DNA of 64,000 nucleotides from Candidatus Woesearchaeota archaeon (GTDB lineage: Archaea > Nanobdellota > Nanobdellia > Pacearchaeales > GW2011-AR1), in assembly GCA_964468545.1 (NCBI GenBank), contig CAYXTT010000001.1, positions 1,894 to 65,893 on the forward strand. The letters are read 5' to 3'. The notes beneath the pieces were generated by a model. It saw only the letters and a list, made by a program, of their open reading frames with translations, had not been told where the DNA came from and ran no database searches. Below are positions 19,980 through 29,297 of this stretch, piece by piece. Made by a program: the position numbers and the translations under genes. Position 1 is the first letter of the stretch. Each line of letters starts with the position of its first letter.

Positions 19980-22900
19980 TTCTTTTTCTCCTTAACTTTA
20001 TTAGCCAAACTTCCTGTCACCTTAACCAACAACCCCGGCAATCCCGTCCCAACCGGAACCGGCTGATTCAAAATAATATTCTCAATCACCGACGCTAATT
20101 TATCTTTCTTCCCGGTTTTCGTCGCTTGAACAAATTGCTTGACTGGTGTTTCAAAAGATGCCCTCGCCAAAATCGAACTCTTGTCAGAAATAATTCCCAT
20201 TCTCGTAATCCCTTTCACTATCCCCGAACTAACCATCGTATCCGCAACCAACATCGCATGTTTACCATCAACCGCCAACCCCTGCGAACTAATTATTTTA
20301 TTAATTTCATTAATTATCAATTGTCGCGCCGCCTCAATCCCAAGAACACTCGCAACCTCATGAATATCATTACTCAAAACCTTATTGCCATCAACTCCCT
20401 TAAACGCCAGCACATCTTTAAGATTAGAACCCGCCGTCAAAATCACAAAATCTTTCCCCCTCTTGACAACCAAAACCTGAGAAATCTTTTTAACTCCAGT
20501 TAAAATAACCTCCTTAATTTTCTCTTTTGTTTTATAAATAGTTTTAAAATCTTCCTTCGTCATATCCAACACAAACCCATCAGACAATCTTTTCATACTA
20601 TAACCCTTTATCTTCAAAACCTCCACAACTTTTTCCAATCCAATATGCACCGACCTCAAAGCCTTCTCGTCAATATTAACTTTAATCTTCTTCGTCCCAA
20701 AATCAATACCAATGCCAGAAATAACCTCCTTCAACTTGACCTCTTTGATTTTCTCCGCAACAACCCTCGCATCCTTCTCATTATTGTGTTCTTTATCCAA
20801 CCAAATTTCCATCGACGGTGTTTTCGGCAATTTCCTCGCATCTAAAATTTCAATAATACGTGGCAATCCCTGCGTAACCTGCATCTCAGCAACACCAGCA
20901 GAATGGAAAACATTCAAAACCATTTGCGTCGATGCCTCGCCAAAACTCTGAGCAGTTACAACACCAATCGCTTCACCCGGAGCAACTTTCTTATTATTAT
21001 GCCTCTCTGAAATGTCAACTCCATCAACTCCATACACGAACTGAACAATATTATTAGAAGCATCCCTCACCGTCCCATCATAAGCCATAACTAAATCTTG
21101 CAACGCATTCGCCAACCTTCTATACAAATAACCCGACTTCGGCGTCCTCAACGCAACATCCATTAACCCATCTCTGCCAGTCATCGCACCAAAGAAAAAT
21201 TCATCAGGTCTAAACCCATCCATCAACGAACTATAAACAAACCCGCGCGCCCTCGGCGACAAATCATCCTTCCTGAAAAACGACAATGTTCTACCGGTAT
21301 ACCCAAAATCGATTCTCCTTCCATGCAAAACCTGTTGCCCAACCGAACACGCAATCTGTGTAATATTCAACATACTACCAGATGCCCCAGAACCAATCAT
21401 CTTACTCGCCAAATTATCCTTAGGAAAACCTTCCTTAACCGCGTCGCCGATCTCCGTTCTCGTTTCATTCAACACCTGCAAAATTTTTGTCTCTCTTGTT
21501 TCTTCCGCACTCTTTCCCGGCAACAAATCCAAACTTTTATTATAATAATTTTCTATAATCTCTTTCGTCTTCAACTCAGCAGATTCTATAATCTTCTCCG
21601 TTTTCTTCTTCACGGCGTCGGGAACATTCAAATCATCAGCCGAAAGCGTAAACCCCGTCCTCGACAAAAACACCGTCCCCAACATAAAAACCTGTCTCAA
21701 TAATTCCATAGTTTCATCTCGACCCAATTTTATATCCGCCGCCCTCAAAGCATCTCCCCGCCCAGTTTTAAAGCTCGTCGCATTAAACTTACCATTTTTA
21801 GAAGATATACCATGCGCAATCCCCACAACTTCCTTCGGCACAATCTTCTCAAAAATACTTATTCCCGAATTCATCTTATTTAAACCGCCAACCTTGATAC
21901 CCGATTCATACAATAACTGCGTCGCATCCTCTTTATTTAATTCCGACTCACTCAAAATAAAATTCCCAGAAACAGCATCCTTAACACACCCAATAAAATT
22001 CATATTATTTTTAGGAGAAAACAAATTAGCATTTACATTCAACAACAACTTCGCTTCAGCCCTCGCCTCCTCAGTTTGCGGCGCATGAATATTCATCTCG
22101 TCGCCATCAAAATCCGCGCCATAAGGACCACAAGTCGCCGGATGAATTCTAAAAGTTCTCCCGGGAATTATCTTGACAAAATGCGCCATCAACGAAGCCC
22201 GATGCAAAGAAGGATGCCTGTTAAACAAAACCACATCTCCGTCAACAAGATGCCTCTCAACAATATATCCCGTCTCCAGTTCTTCAACCAATTCCTCTCT
22301 CAAATCATCAGTAATCCTCTTCCTCTTCCCGTCAGACCGAATAATATAATTCGCGGCAGGATAACTCGTCTTAGCAACCAACGCCTTCATTCTCTTCATG
22401 TTCACACTCGTAACCCTCTCCGCAACCGTCAAAATTTTCGCAACTTCAATCGGTATACCAACCTCATTCAACTTCATATTAAGATCTGGCGAAATAACCG
22501 TCCTCGCAGAATAATTAACTCTTTTCCCTGCCAAGTTTTTCCTAATCCGACCTTCCTTCCCCTTAATCCTCTCGGTAATCGTTTTCAATGGCTGCCCACT
22601 CCTATGCCTCGCCGGCGGAATCTTCGCAATCGAATTATCAAAAAAAGTCGTAACATGATACTGCAACAAATCCCACAAGTCCTCGATAATAACTTCCGGC
22701 GCACCCGCATTCAAATTCTCCCACAACCTCTGATTCGACCTAATAATGTCCGACAACTTATGAGTCAAATCATCCTCTGACCTCTCTCCCGACTCCAAAG
22801 TAATCGACGGTCGCACAGTTACCGACGGCACCAACAACAAAGTCAAAATCGTACTCTCCGGTCTCAATGTCGCAGCATTAATCCCAAGAATTTTCAAATC

Positions 22901-23416
22901 CCCATCACTAACCTTAACCAATCTCTCTCTAATCTCCGACGGAAACAATCTCCTTCTCCCGCTCCTAAAAGTCGTCGGCTTCTCCAGCCTCACCCTTTCC
23001 TGAATAATCCCACAATGCGGACACCTCTTCCCGTCCTTCGCCTTCTTAATTCTCATTACTAACCCCTTCGACAAATCCTTCTCATCCTTAATCAAAACTT
23101 TCCCACACGCCTCACAAGTGCACCTCAAAACCAAATCAATAATTGGTAAATACTTAATATGAATCACCGGCCGCGCCAGCTCAATCATCCCAGGATGACC
23201 AAGACATTCTTTCAACCGCCCTCCGCAAGTCCGACACCTCACTCCCGGGTCAATCGCACCAAGTCGCAAATCCATCAAACCACCGTCGACAGGATATCCA
23301 TCAACATCATAAAGTTCCGGCGTCACAATCTTCGCAACCGATAATTTCTTAATCTGCTCCGGATTCAACAACTGAAACTCCATTCCCTTAACTTGCTTCT
23401 TCACCGGCCTATTCAT
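19976..23416 (-). CDS. rpoA: RNA polymerase subunit A, fused A'+A''
   Basis: C.TCG..L.EC.GHPG zinc site, FNRHPSLH, ADFDGDEMN, bridge helix SGYLYRRL, trigger loop TQMVLNVFH, ARASFET in one ORF; start at MNRP. Confidence 0.96.
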   Translation of the reverse strand: MNRPVKKQVKGMEFQLLNPEQIKKLSVAKIVTPELYDVDGYPVDGGLMDLRLGAIDPGVRCRTCGGRLKECLGHPGMIELARPVIHIKYLPIIDLVLRCTCEACGKVLIKDEKDLSKGLVMRIKKAKDGKRCPHCGIIQERVRLEKPTTFRSGRRRLFPSEIRERLVKVSDGDLKILGINAATLRPESTILTLLLVPSVTVRPSITLESGERSEDDLTHKLSDIIRSNQRLWENLNAGAPEVIIEDLWDLLQYHVTTFFDNSIAKIPPARHRSGQPLKTITERIKGKEGRIRKNLAGKRVNYSARTVISPDLNMKLNEVGIPIEVAKILTVAERVTSVNMKRMKALVAKTSYPAANYIIRSDGKRKRITDDLREELVEELETGYIVERHLVDGDVVLFNRHPSLHRASLMAHFVKIIPGRTFRIHPATCGPYGADFDGDEMNIHAPQTEEARAEAKLLLNVNANLFSPKNNMNFIGCVKDAVSGNFILSESELNKEDATQLLYESGIKVGGLNKMNSGISIFEKIVPKEVVGIAHGISSKNGKFNATSFKTGRGDALRAADIKLGRDETMELLRQVFMLGTVFLSRTGFTLSADDLNVPDAVKKKTEKIIESAELKTKEIIENYYNKSLDLLPGKSAEETRETKILQVLNETRTEIGDAVKEGFPKDNLASKMIGSGASGSMLNITQIACSVGQQVLHGRRIDFGYTGRTLSFFRKDDLSPRARGFVYSSLMDGFRPDEFFFGAMTGRDGLMDVALRTPKSGYLYRRLANALQDLVMAYDGTVRDASNNIVQFVYGVDGVDISERHNNKKVAPGEAIGVVTAQSFGEASTQMVLNVFHSAGVAEMQVTQGLPRIIEILDARKLPKTPSMEIWLDKEHNNEKDARVVAEKIKEVKLKEVISGIGIDFGTKKIKVNIDEKALRSVHIGLEKVVEVLKIKGYSMKRLSDGFVLDMTKEDFKTIYKTKEKIKEVILTGVKKISQVLVVKRGKDFVILTAGSNLKDVLAFKGVDGNKVLSNDIHEVASVLGIEAARQLIINEINKIISSQGLAVDGKHAMLVADTMVSSGIVKGITRMGIISDKSSILARASFETPVKQFVQATKTGKKDKLASVIENIILNQPVPVGTGLPGLLVKVTGSLANKVKEKKK

Positions 23417-23562
23417 CTTACCGCCCCCAAACAAAATCCGTGTTCGTCCATGTTAGTCCGTGTACCATTATTTCCAAAACTATAAGTTACATCAAGTTGC
23501 CCAACTCCTCCGAATGCCGAATGCCGAATGCCGAATGCCGCGAATGAAATTTCCGATTTCAT
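23413..23562 (-). CDS. Bridging mini-ORF (49 aa), rpoB to rpoA
   Basis: MKSEISFAAFGIRHSAFGGVGQLDVTYSFGNNGTRTNMDEHGFCLGAVR*; ATGA overlaps at both ends. Confidence 0.45.
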   Translation of the reverse strand: MKSEISFAAFGIRHSAFGGVGQLDVTYSFGNNGTRTNMDEHGFCLGAVR

Positions 23563-23565
23563 TCG
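23433..23565. repeat. Composite repeat element: decamer array + (CCGAATG)x4 + 10-bp hairpin
   Basis: Decamers at 23437-23463; heptamers at 23510-23537; IR CGAATGAAAT/ATTTCATTCG at 23541-23565. Confidence 0.85.
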
Positions 23566-26500
23566 TACTTGTTTTTGAGTTCGAATTTAGTTAACAAATG
23601 CAAACCCTGCAACTCTTCAATCAACAACTTGAACGCATACGAAACCTCGACGGGCTCAACCTGATTCGAATGACAAAGCGAACAAACTTTCTTGTTATGA
23701 ATTTGGTCATCGATAACAATAGCCCCGCACTTCGTGCAAATATTTATCACAACCTTATCAGAATCATATCTCTCTTTCAATAACAGCGACGCTCCGTGCC
23801 CGACCAATGCCTCTTGCTCCATTTCTCCAAGTCTCAAAGCTCCACCTCGTGCCCGACCTTCAATCGGCTGTCGCGTCAACAACGCAATCTTCCCCGACGC
23901 CCGCGAATGCATCTTGTCCGCGACCATATATTTCAACTTCAAATAAAACATATTACCAATAAAAATCTTCACCGGCATCCTCTGTCCCGTAATTCCATTA
24001 TACATAACCTCTTTCCCATTCTCTCTAAACCCAAGCTTCTTCAAATTATTTTCCAAACTATCAATCTTCTCTCCAGAAAAAGCCGAAGCATCAACAATTC
24101 TTCCCGACAAAGCCGCAACCTTCCCAGCCAAAACATCCATCAAATAACCGACAGTCATACGCGACGGTATACCATGCGGATTAAACATAATATCCGGACG
24201 TATACCACTAATAGTAAATGGAACATCACACTCCGGCGCAATCATTCCAAGTATACCCTTTTGCCCATGAGGCACCGAAAATTTATCACCAATCTCGGGA
24301 ATCCTCAACTCTCTCGTCCTCACATGAACAACCATATTCCCCTCCTGATCCTGCGTCACAAAAACAGCGTCGACAATTCCAGTTTCTTCCTGCCTTATCG
24401 CTGAAGAATTCTCTTTTTTCGTCTGAATAGAAATCTCACGCGCCTCGCTCAAAAATTTAGGAGGACTAACCTTCCCAATAACAACTTCTCCCTCGACCAT
24501 CTCGGCCTCAGGAAACACAATTCCATCATCTTCCAAAAATCTATAATTCTCTTCAAGTCTATAACCAGAAACATCTTTATTCGGAATAGTAATCTCATCC
24601 TTAAGCCCACCCGCATAATTTAACTCAACCGAAGTATACGGCCTAAACCTCGAGCTCCTGCCAAATCCCCTATCAACCGAACCTCCATTCAAAACAGTAG
24701 CGTCCTCCATATTGTAACCTTCATAAGGCATGACAGCCAAAACAACATTCTGCCCAACCGGATGCACATCCAAAGTATCATAAATAAAACTTCTAACCAA
24801 CGGCTTCTGCGGATAATGCAAAAGCGAAACATCTGTATCAATTCTCACCGGAAAATTCCCAGCATAAATTCCAAGCCCCTGTCTATAAGCCCTCGAACCC
24901 CCCTTGACCATTCGCGCCGGCGGGTCATGGTCGCCAAACGGAATCAACGAAACACTAACTCCAAAAATATCTATAGCATCAACTTCCAAATGCGTATGTT
25001 CCTTCGTTAAATCTTTCTCATCCAAACAAATATAACAATCGTCCTCTTCGGCCGCGTCCAAATATTCCAAAATTCCCTTTTCAAACAAACCCTCCCAAGT
25101 CAAAACCCCGCTCTTAACCAATTCTAAATGCTCATTCTTCAATCTCGAAACTCCATCCTCGACGACAATCAACGGCCGAATCACACGACCAATTTCAGAA
25201 CTAATAAAAACCGTATCTAAAAATCTATCAAACCTCACCGAAACCTCAAACGGCAATCTTCCCTCTCTTCTAAAATTCCTAACCTTCCCAACAAATCCAT
25301 CAACATCATCAACAGCCCCGATAAACCTCCCGTTATAAAAAACATCAACAGCCCCTTCCACATCTCTCATCCCAGAATCCTTCAATACCCTCAAAACATT
25401 CTCATACTCTATCGTCGTCCTCGTAGAAATCCTCGCCAACAAAGCCAAATTTTTTCTCAATCCAATCTCTGTTCCCTCCGGCGTCTCAATCGGACAAAAC
25501 CTGCCATAATGCGTCGGATGCACAGTCCTCGCCGCAAAATTTTCTTGTTCACCCGGCAAAGTCGAAGTAACTCTCTGTAACTGCGACATAACCGCGAACG
25601 AATTATTTTTATCCATATTCTGCGTCACCCCGCTCCTCTCACCAATCCACGACCCAGTCGCAATCGCCGATTCAACTCGATGAGTAAACAAAGTCGACTT
25701 CGCAATCGTCTTAATCGAATAAAACTTCCTCCTTTTCATCGTCTTCTGCAAAGTGTGCTGCACCTCCCTCAAAAGAATATTAATATTAACCCTAAATAAA
25801 TCAGACAACAAATCCCCAGACAACCTCACTCTCTTGTTTGCGTAATGGTCCTTATCTGTCATCGCCGCACTCGGATTTTCCCTCGCAATATAAAACTGCT
25901 TAATAAACTTACAAAGTGTCCTCGCCTTCTCCATCCTCGATGCCTTATCTAAACCAATATGTGGCAAAAAATACGAATCAATTCTCTGCTTAACTCTATC
26001 AAGCATTTCCTTATTCGTCCCCTGCAACGAACTCTTCTCCGCAATCCACATCAACGCATCATTAACACTTCCAATCCCCGCAAACTCATAAAGATTAACA
26101 ACCAATCCATCCGTCTGCTTCCCAATAAATTTCACAATATCAGCGTCGCTGATCAAACCCAACGCCTTCAATAAAACAATCGCAGGAATATCCCTAAATC
26201 TCGAAAACGAAACCTCCAAAATTCCATAAGGACTCTCAACCAAAGAAACCGGAATTTTATACGCCCCTCTCTGCGAAAATAATCTCAGCATCAACCTATT
26301 CCTTGTTTTCTGCCATTCAACAAAAGTTTGATTCGACGCCAAATCCTCCGCCATCACCATCACTCTCTCATTTCCATTAATCAAAAAATAACCTCCATGA
26401 TCTCTCGAATCAATATAATTCTTCACTAAATCCTCGTCGCTCATCCCACTGAGATTACAAACTCCACTCTTAACCATAATCGGAATTCTCCCCAACTGAA

Positions 26501-26813
26501 CATCCTCGGTCTCAACCTGCCCCCCATAATTAATCGTCATCTCCATCCAAATCGGCGCCGAATAAGTCAAGCTCCTAAGTCTAACCTCCGCCGGCATAAC
26601 CAACCTCGAAGAACCATCCGCCTCGACAATATTGGGCTTCCCAACACGAATCTTCCCCAACTTAATTTCAAAATCATCCGTAGACAAAGAATCAGACAAC
26701 TCCGTCACAATCTCTTGCATCCTATTCTCAATAAAATCATTAAACGATTTTATATTCGACTCAACCAAAGAATGATTCTTCAAAAATTCTTTAACTAAAA
26801 TATGCTCAGTCAT
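23559..26813 (-). CDS. rpoB: RNA polymerase subunit B (unsplit)
   Basis: GYFLINGNERV, CPIETPEG, GYNMEDA, GDKF..HGQKG, NPHGIPSRMTVG, GALRLGEME. Confidence 0.97.
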   Translation of the reverse strand: MTEHILVKEFLKNHSLVESNIKSFNDFIENRMQEIVTELSDSLSTDDFEIKLGKIRVGKPNIVEADGSSRLVMPAEVRLRSLTYSAPIWMEMTINYGGQVETEDVQLGRIPIMVKSGVCNLSGMSDEDLVKNYIDSRDHGGYFLINGNERVMVMAEDLASNQTFVEWQKTRNRLMLRLFSQRGAYKIPVSLVESPYGILEVSFSRFRDIPAIVLLKALGLISDADIVKFIGKQTDGLVVNLYEFAGIGSVNDALMWIAEKSSLQGTNKEMLDRVKQRIDSYFLPHIGLDKASRMEKARTLCKFIKQFYIARENPSAAMTDKDHYANKRVRLSGDLLSDLFRVNINILLREVQHTLQKTMKRRKFYSIKTIAKSTLFTHRVESAIATGSWIGERSGVTQNMDKNNSFAVMSQLQRVTSTLPGEQENFAARTVHPTHYGRFCPIETPEGTEIGLRKNLALLARISTRTTIEYENVLRVLKDSGMRDVEGAVDVFYNGRFIGAVDDVDGFVGKVRNFRREGRLPFEVSVRFDRFLDTVFISSEIGRVIRPLIVVEDGVSRLKNEHLELVKSGVLTWEGLFEKGILEYLDAAEEDDCYICLDEKDLTKEHTHLEVDAIDIFGVSVSLIPFGDHDPPARMVKGGSRAYRQGLGIYAGNFPVRIDTDVSLLHYPQKPLVRSFIYDTLDVHPVGQNVVLAVMPYEGYNMEDATVLNGGSVDRGFGRSSRFRPYTSVELNYAGGLKDEITIPNKDVSGYRLEENYRFLEDDGIVFPEAEMVEGEVVIGKVSPPKFLSEAREISIQTKKENSSAIRQEETGIVDAVFVTQDQEGNMVVHVRTRELRIPEIGDKFSVPHGQKGILGMIAPECDVPFTISGIRPDIMFNPHGIPSRMTVGYLMDVLAGKVAALSGRIVDASAFSGEKIDSLENNLKKLGFRENGKEVMYNGITGQRMPVKIFIGNMFYLKLKYMVADKMHSRASGKIALLTRQPIEGRARGGALRLGEMEQEALVGHGASLLLKERYDSDKVVINICTKCGAIVIDDQIHNKKVCSLCHSNQVEPVEVSYAFKLLIEELQGLHLLTKFELKNKYE

Positions 26814-26889
26814 TTTTCACCTCTTTAAAAAACGACCAGCGACCAGCGACCAGCGACCAGCGATATGAAAAAATCAAAGATCTTTTCAT
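26806..26889 (-). CDS. Bridging mini-ORF (27 aa), rpoH to rpoB
   Basis: MKRSLIFSYRWSLVAGRWSFFKEVKND*; ATGA at the rpoH stop, 8-nt overlap with the rpoB start. Confidence 0.35.
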   Translation of the reverse strand: MKRSLIFSYRWSLVAGRWSFFKEVKND

Positions 26890-26891
26890 AT
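26833..26891. repeat. (CGACCAG)x4 plus a 9-bp hairpin over the rpoH stop
   Basis: Heptamers at 26833-26860; IR ATATGAAAA/TTTTCATAT at 26863-26891. Confidence 0.85.
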
Positions 26892-27080
26892 TACCACCCT
26901 ATAATAAATTTCATCCGCACGAAAAATTTTAACAACATCTCCCTTTTCGCACCCCTCAGGAAGCCCCGCATCACTCTTAGAAATCTTCGGCAACTGCGCC
27001 AAAGAAATATTAAATTCCTTAAGAACCTTCTCAGCCTCGCTCGAACTCAACTTCACATGTTTGGATTGGAGCACGTGCAT
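26886..27080 (-). CDS. rpoH: RNA polymerase subunit H (Rpo5)
   Basis: HVLQSKH..LS...QLPKI...GDVVKIFR...YYRVV. Confidence 0.92.
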   Translation of the reverse strand: MHVLQSKHVKLSSSEAEKVLKEFNISLAQLPKISKSDAGLPEGCEKGDVVKIFRADEIYYRVVI

Positions 27081-27171
27081 TTTTAGAATATCGCCTTTAG
27101 ATATTCAAAACACCAAAAGTGGCTTTAAAAACTTTTTGCTTTCGCTATTACAAAGTGGTTCGAGTCAAAAA

Positions 27172-28968
27172 TCACAAATCTACAGAAACCATTTTATAAA
27201 ATTCAATCAAATGCGGAATTAAAACTCTACTCCAAGTTTCATACAGTTTATTCGACCCAGAATTCTCCAAAATACTTTTTATATTAACCATTCGCCCAGA
27301 AGAAATAGAACTCTCTCTCGGAATAATTTCACCATTAGTACGAATTGCGTAAACCAACCCAAAATGAACTTTATCGACAGGATTATCTGGCCGATATAAA
27401 GTCCCAAGAAATACCGGCTGACCAACATCGCCAGAAATTTTAACCTCTTCGCCAACTTCCCTCTCTAATCCAGACACAATAAAATTAGGCCCATCTTTTC
27501 TACCAATATGCCCACCAATACCAAGAGAATGCTTCCCAAATAATCTTTCATCGCCATAGTCCTTGATGTCCTTTGCTCTAACATAGCTAAAAACCTCCCT
27601 CTTATCATTAAAACCCAAAACATAAGGAATCAACTGCAACACTAAATCATCTCTCTCGCAATCATAACGAGAATGAAAGAAACCCTCTCCCTCAATTAAA
27701 TCGAACAACTTTTTCTTTTTCTCATCCGAAACAAACTCAAAACCTTCTCGCTCACCCCTAGTCGCCAACAACAATCTCGCATCCTGAACCAAAACATCCC
27801 TGCCTAATTTCGCATAATTCTTAGCAGCCATTCCAAAGTCAAACGACTTAAAATATTTCGCAGTCTTTGGACCTTTCTGAAACTGATAATGGGAACCACT
27901 TCTATCATCCCCATAAAGCTTATCTGGAAACTCAGTCCTAAAGACAGCAATCTCACCAAGAGACATACCATGATGAATCTCTAAATCCGTCGCTTCCTCC
28001 GATGTAATTTCAAAAACCAAATCCCCATCAAAACCATTATCAATAAAACCGGCCCTATGAAGCGATCCACTAATACCCTGATGAGAATGCGCTTTCAATT
28101 CAACATTACAACATTCAGGCACATTCAAAACTTCTTCCGAAGAAACCAAATAATACTCACCTCTTTTAATCTCTAAGACCCCTCCTTTCGCATTCATTGG
28201 TTCAAAATAATCTTCAGCCGAATACTTTTCGCTTTTAGTTAAATCAATCACATTCGGATTTCTTCTCGCTCTTAATGCGACAATGCCCTCGCTATTCCTT
28301 CCCTCCACATCAGAATGAATCTGCAATGCCCCTCCCATATCAGGAGTATCAATAGCCTTCCCATCTACATAATATAAAATAGGATTACTCGACCACGATT
28401 CCACAATTTCCCTCGGCGTCAACTGCGCATTAAACCCTTTAAAAAATCTCAACTGATTCAAACTAATCCCAGGAAAAAGACCAAGATTAAAAGCCAACGG
28501 CTGAAACAAAAGCCACATCATCAACTCTCTGTCTCCACCATAAGAACTAAGCGCTTCATCAAAAGAAGAATTAAAATCTGTTAAAAATCTTGTATTAGGG
28601 AAAACTCTCCCAATACTACTTTTCGGAGAAGATTCAATCATCCTAAATCCATCAAAATGAACACGCTGAACAAGCGGAAGCAAATAAGTAAATCCTATTT
28701 TCGATTCAAACCCACCAGAAATATCAACCCTTTGTCTTCTTCTCGCCGGAAGCTCAAGCAACGACCTATAAACCGCCTTATCTCTACTTGGTCTAAACAA
28801 AGCCTTATCAGTATCAATCACATATACCTCCTCTCCAATCGTCGGCTCAAACGAACTCGGCTGAATTCTAGATTCATCAAATTCAGGATCAACAATAGCT
28901 CCGCTCCTCGCTAACTCTCGAATTTCCTGAGAAACAAGACAACAATCATCTAAACTCATAAAAATCAA
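27172..28968 (-). CDS. dcd: Tandem-domain dCTP deaminase (DCD) fused to a C-terminal Nudix-like (YmaB-type) domain
   Basis: IQPSSFEP, PKSSIGR, HRAGFIDNGFDG, SHYQFQKGP; C-terminal ERDDLVLQLIPY, ERLFGKHSLGIGGH, GLEREVGEE, PVDKVHFG, ETWS. Confidence 0.8.
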   Translation of the reverse strand: MIFMSLDDCCLVSQEIRELARSGAIVDPEFDESRIQPSSFEPTIGEEVYVIDTDKALFRPSRDKAVYRSLLELPARRRQRVDISGGFESKIGFTYLLPLVQRVHFDGFRMIESSPKSSIGRVFPNTRFLTDFNSSFDEALSSYGGDRELMMWLLFQPLAFNLGLFPGISLNQLRFFKGFNAQLTPREIVESWSSNPILYYVDGKAIDTPDMGGALQIHSDVEGRNSEGIVALRARRNPNVIDLTKSEKYSAEDYFEPMNAKGGVLEIKRGEYYLVSSEEVLNVPECCNVELKAHSHQGISGSLHRAGFIDNGFDGDLVFEITSEEATDLEIHHGMSLGEIAVFRTEFPDKLYGDDRSGSHYQFQKGPKTAKYFKSFDFGMAAKNYAKLGRDVLVQDARLLLATRGEREGFEFVSDEKKKKLFDLIEGEGFFHSRYDCERDDLVLQLIPYVLGFNDKREVFSYVRAKDIKDYGDERLFGKHSLGIGGHIGRKDGPNFIVSGLEREVGEEVKISGDVGQPVFLGTLYRPDNPVDKVHFGLVYAIRTNGEIIPRESSISSGRMVNIKSILENSGSNKLYETWSRVLIPHLIEFYKMVSVDL

Positions 28969-29066
28969 AACTTTGTTATTTTATTTAAACACTTGTATCT
29001 TAAAAAATATATTTCAAAAAACAACTCTCGGTAACTTTTTAAATTGAAATCCCTCATAAAATTTAT

Positions 29067-29141
29067 GGCTCCGTAGCTCAGCCTGGTTAGAGCACTGGAC
29101 TTTTAATCCAGGTGTCGGGGGTTCAAATCCCCTCGGGGCCA
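29067..29141 (+). tRNA. tRNA-Lys(UUU)
   Basis: Cloverleaf; CTGGA-CTTTTAA-TCCAG anticodon arm; GGTTCAAATCC T-arm. Confidence 0.95.
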
Positions 29142-29297
29142 TATAAGGAATTGAAGATTCCTTTTCTATTCTGAATATATTTAAATTCACGACACCATGG
29201 TATCGGCGAACAATTCGCTTTGAGTTGTGCTATTTTAATTATTACACAACGAAATGCAAATTGCGAGTAAGATTCAAATCCCCTCAGAGTCACCCCC

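Noticed and set aside
18593..26891. Repeat arrays as a CRISPR locus
   Set aside because: Units are 7-10 bp, directly tandem with no unique spacers, and there are no cas genes.
18707..26891. TGA + hairpin as a selenocysteine or readthrough signal
   Set aside because: The proteins end at their expected C-termini, no Sec machinery is visible, and TGA is used as a normal stop throughout.
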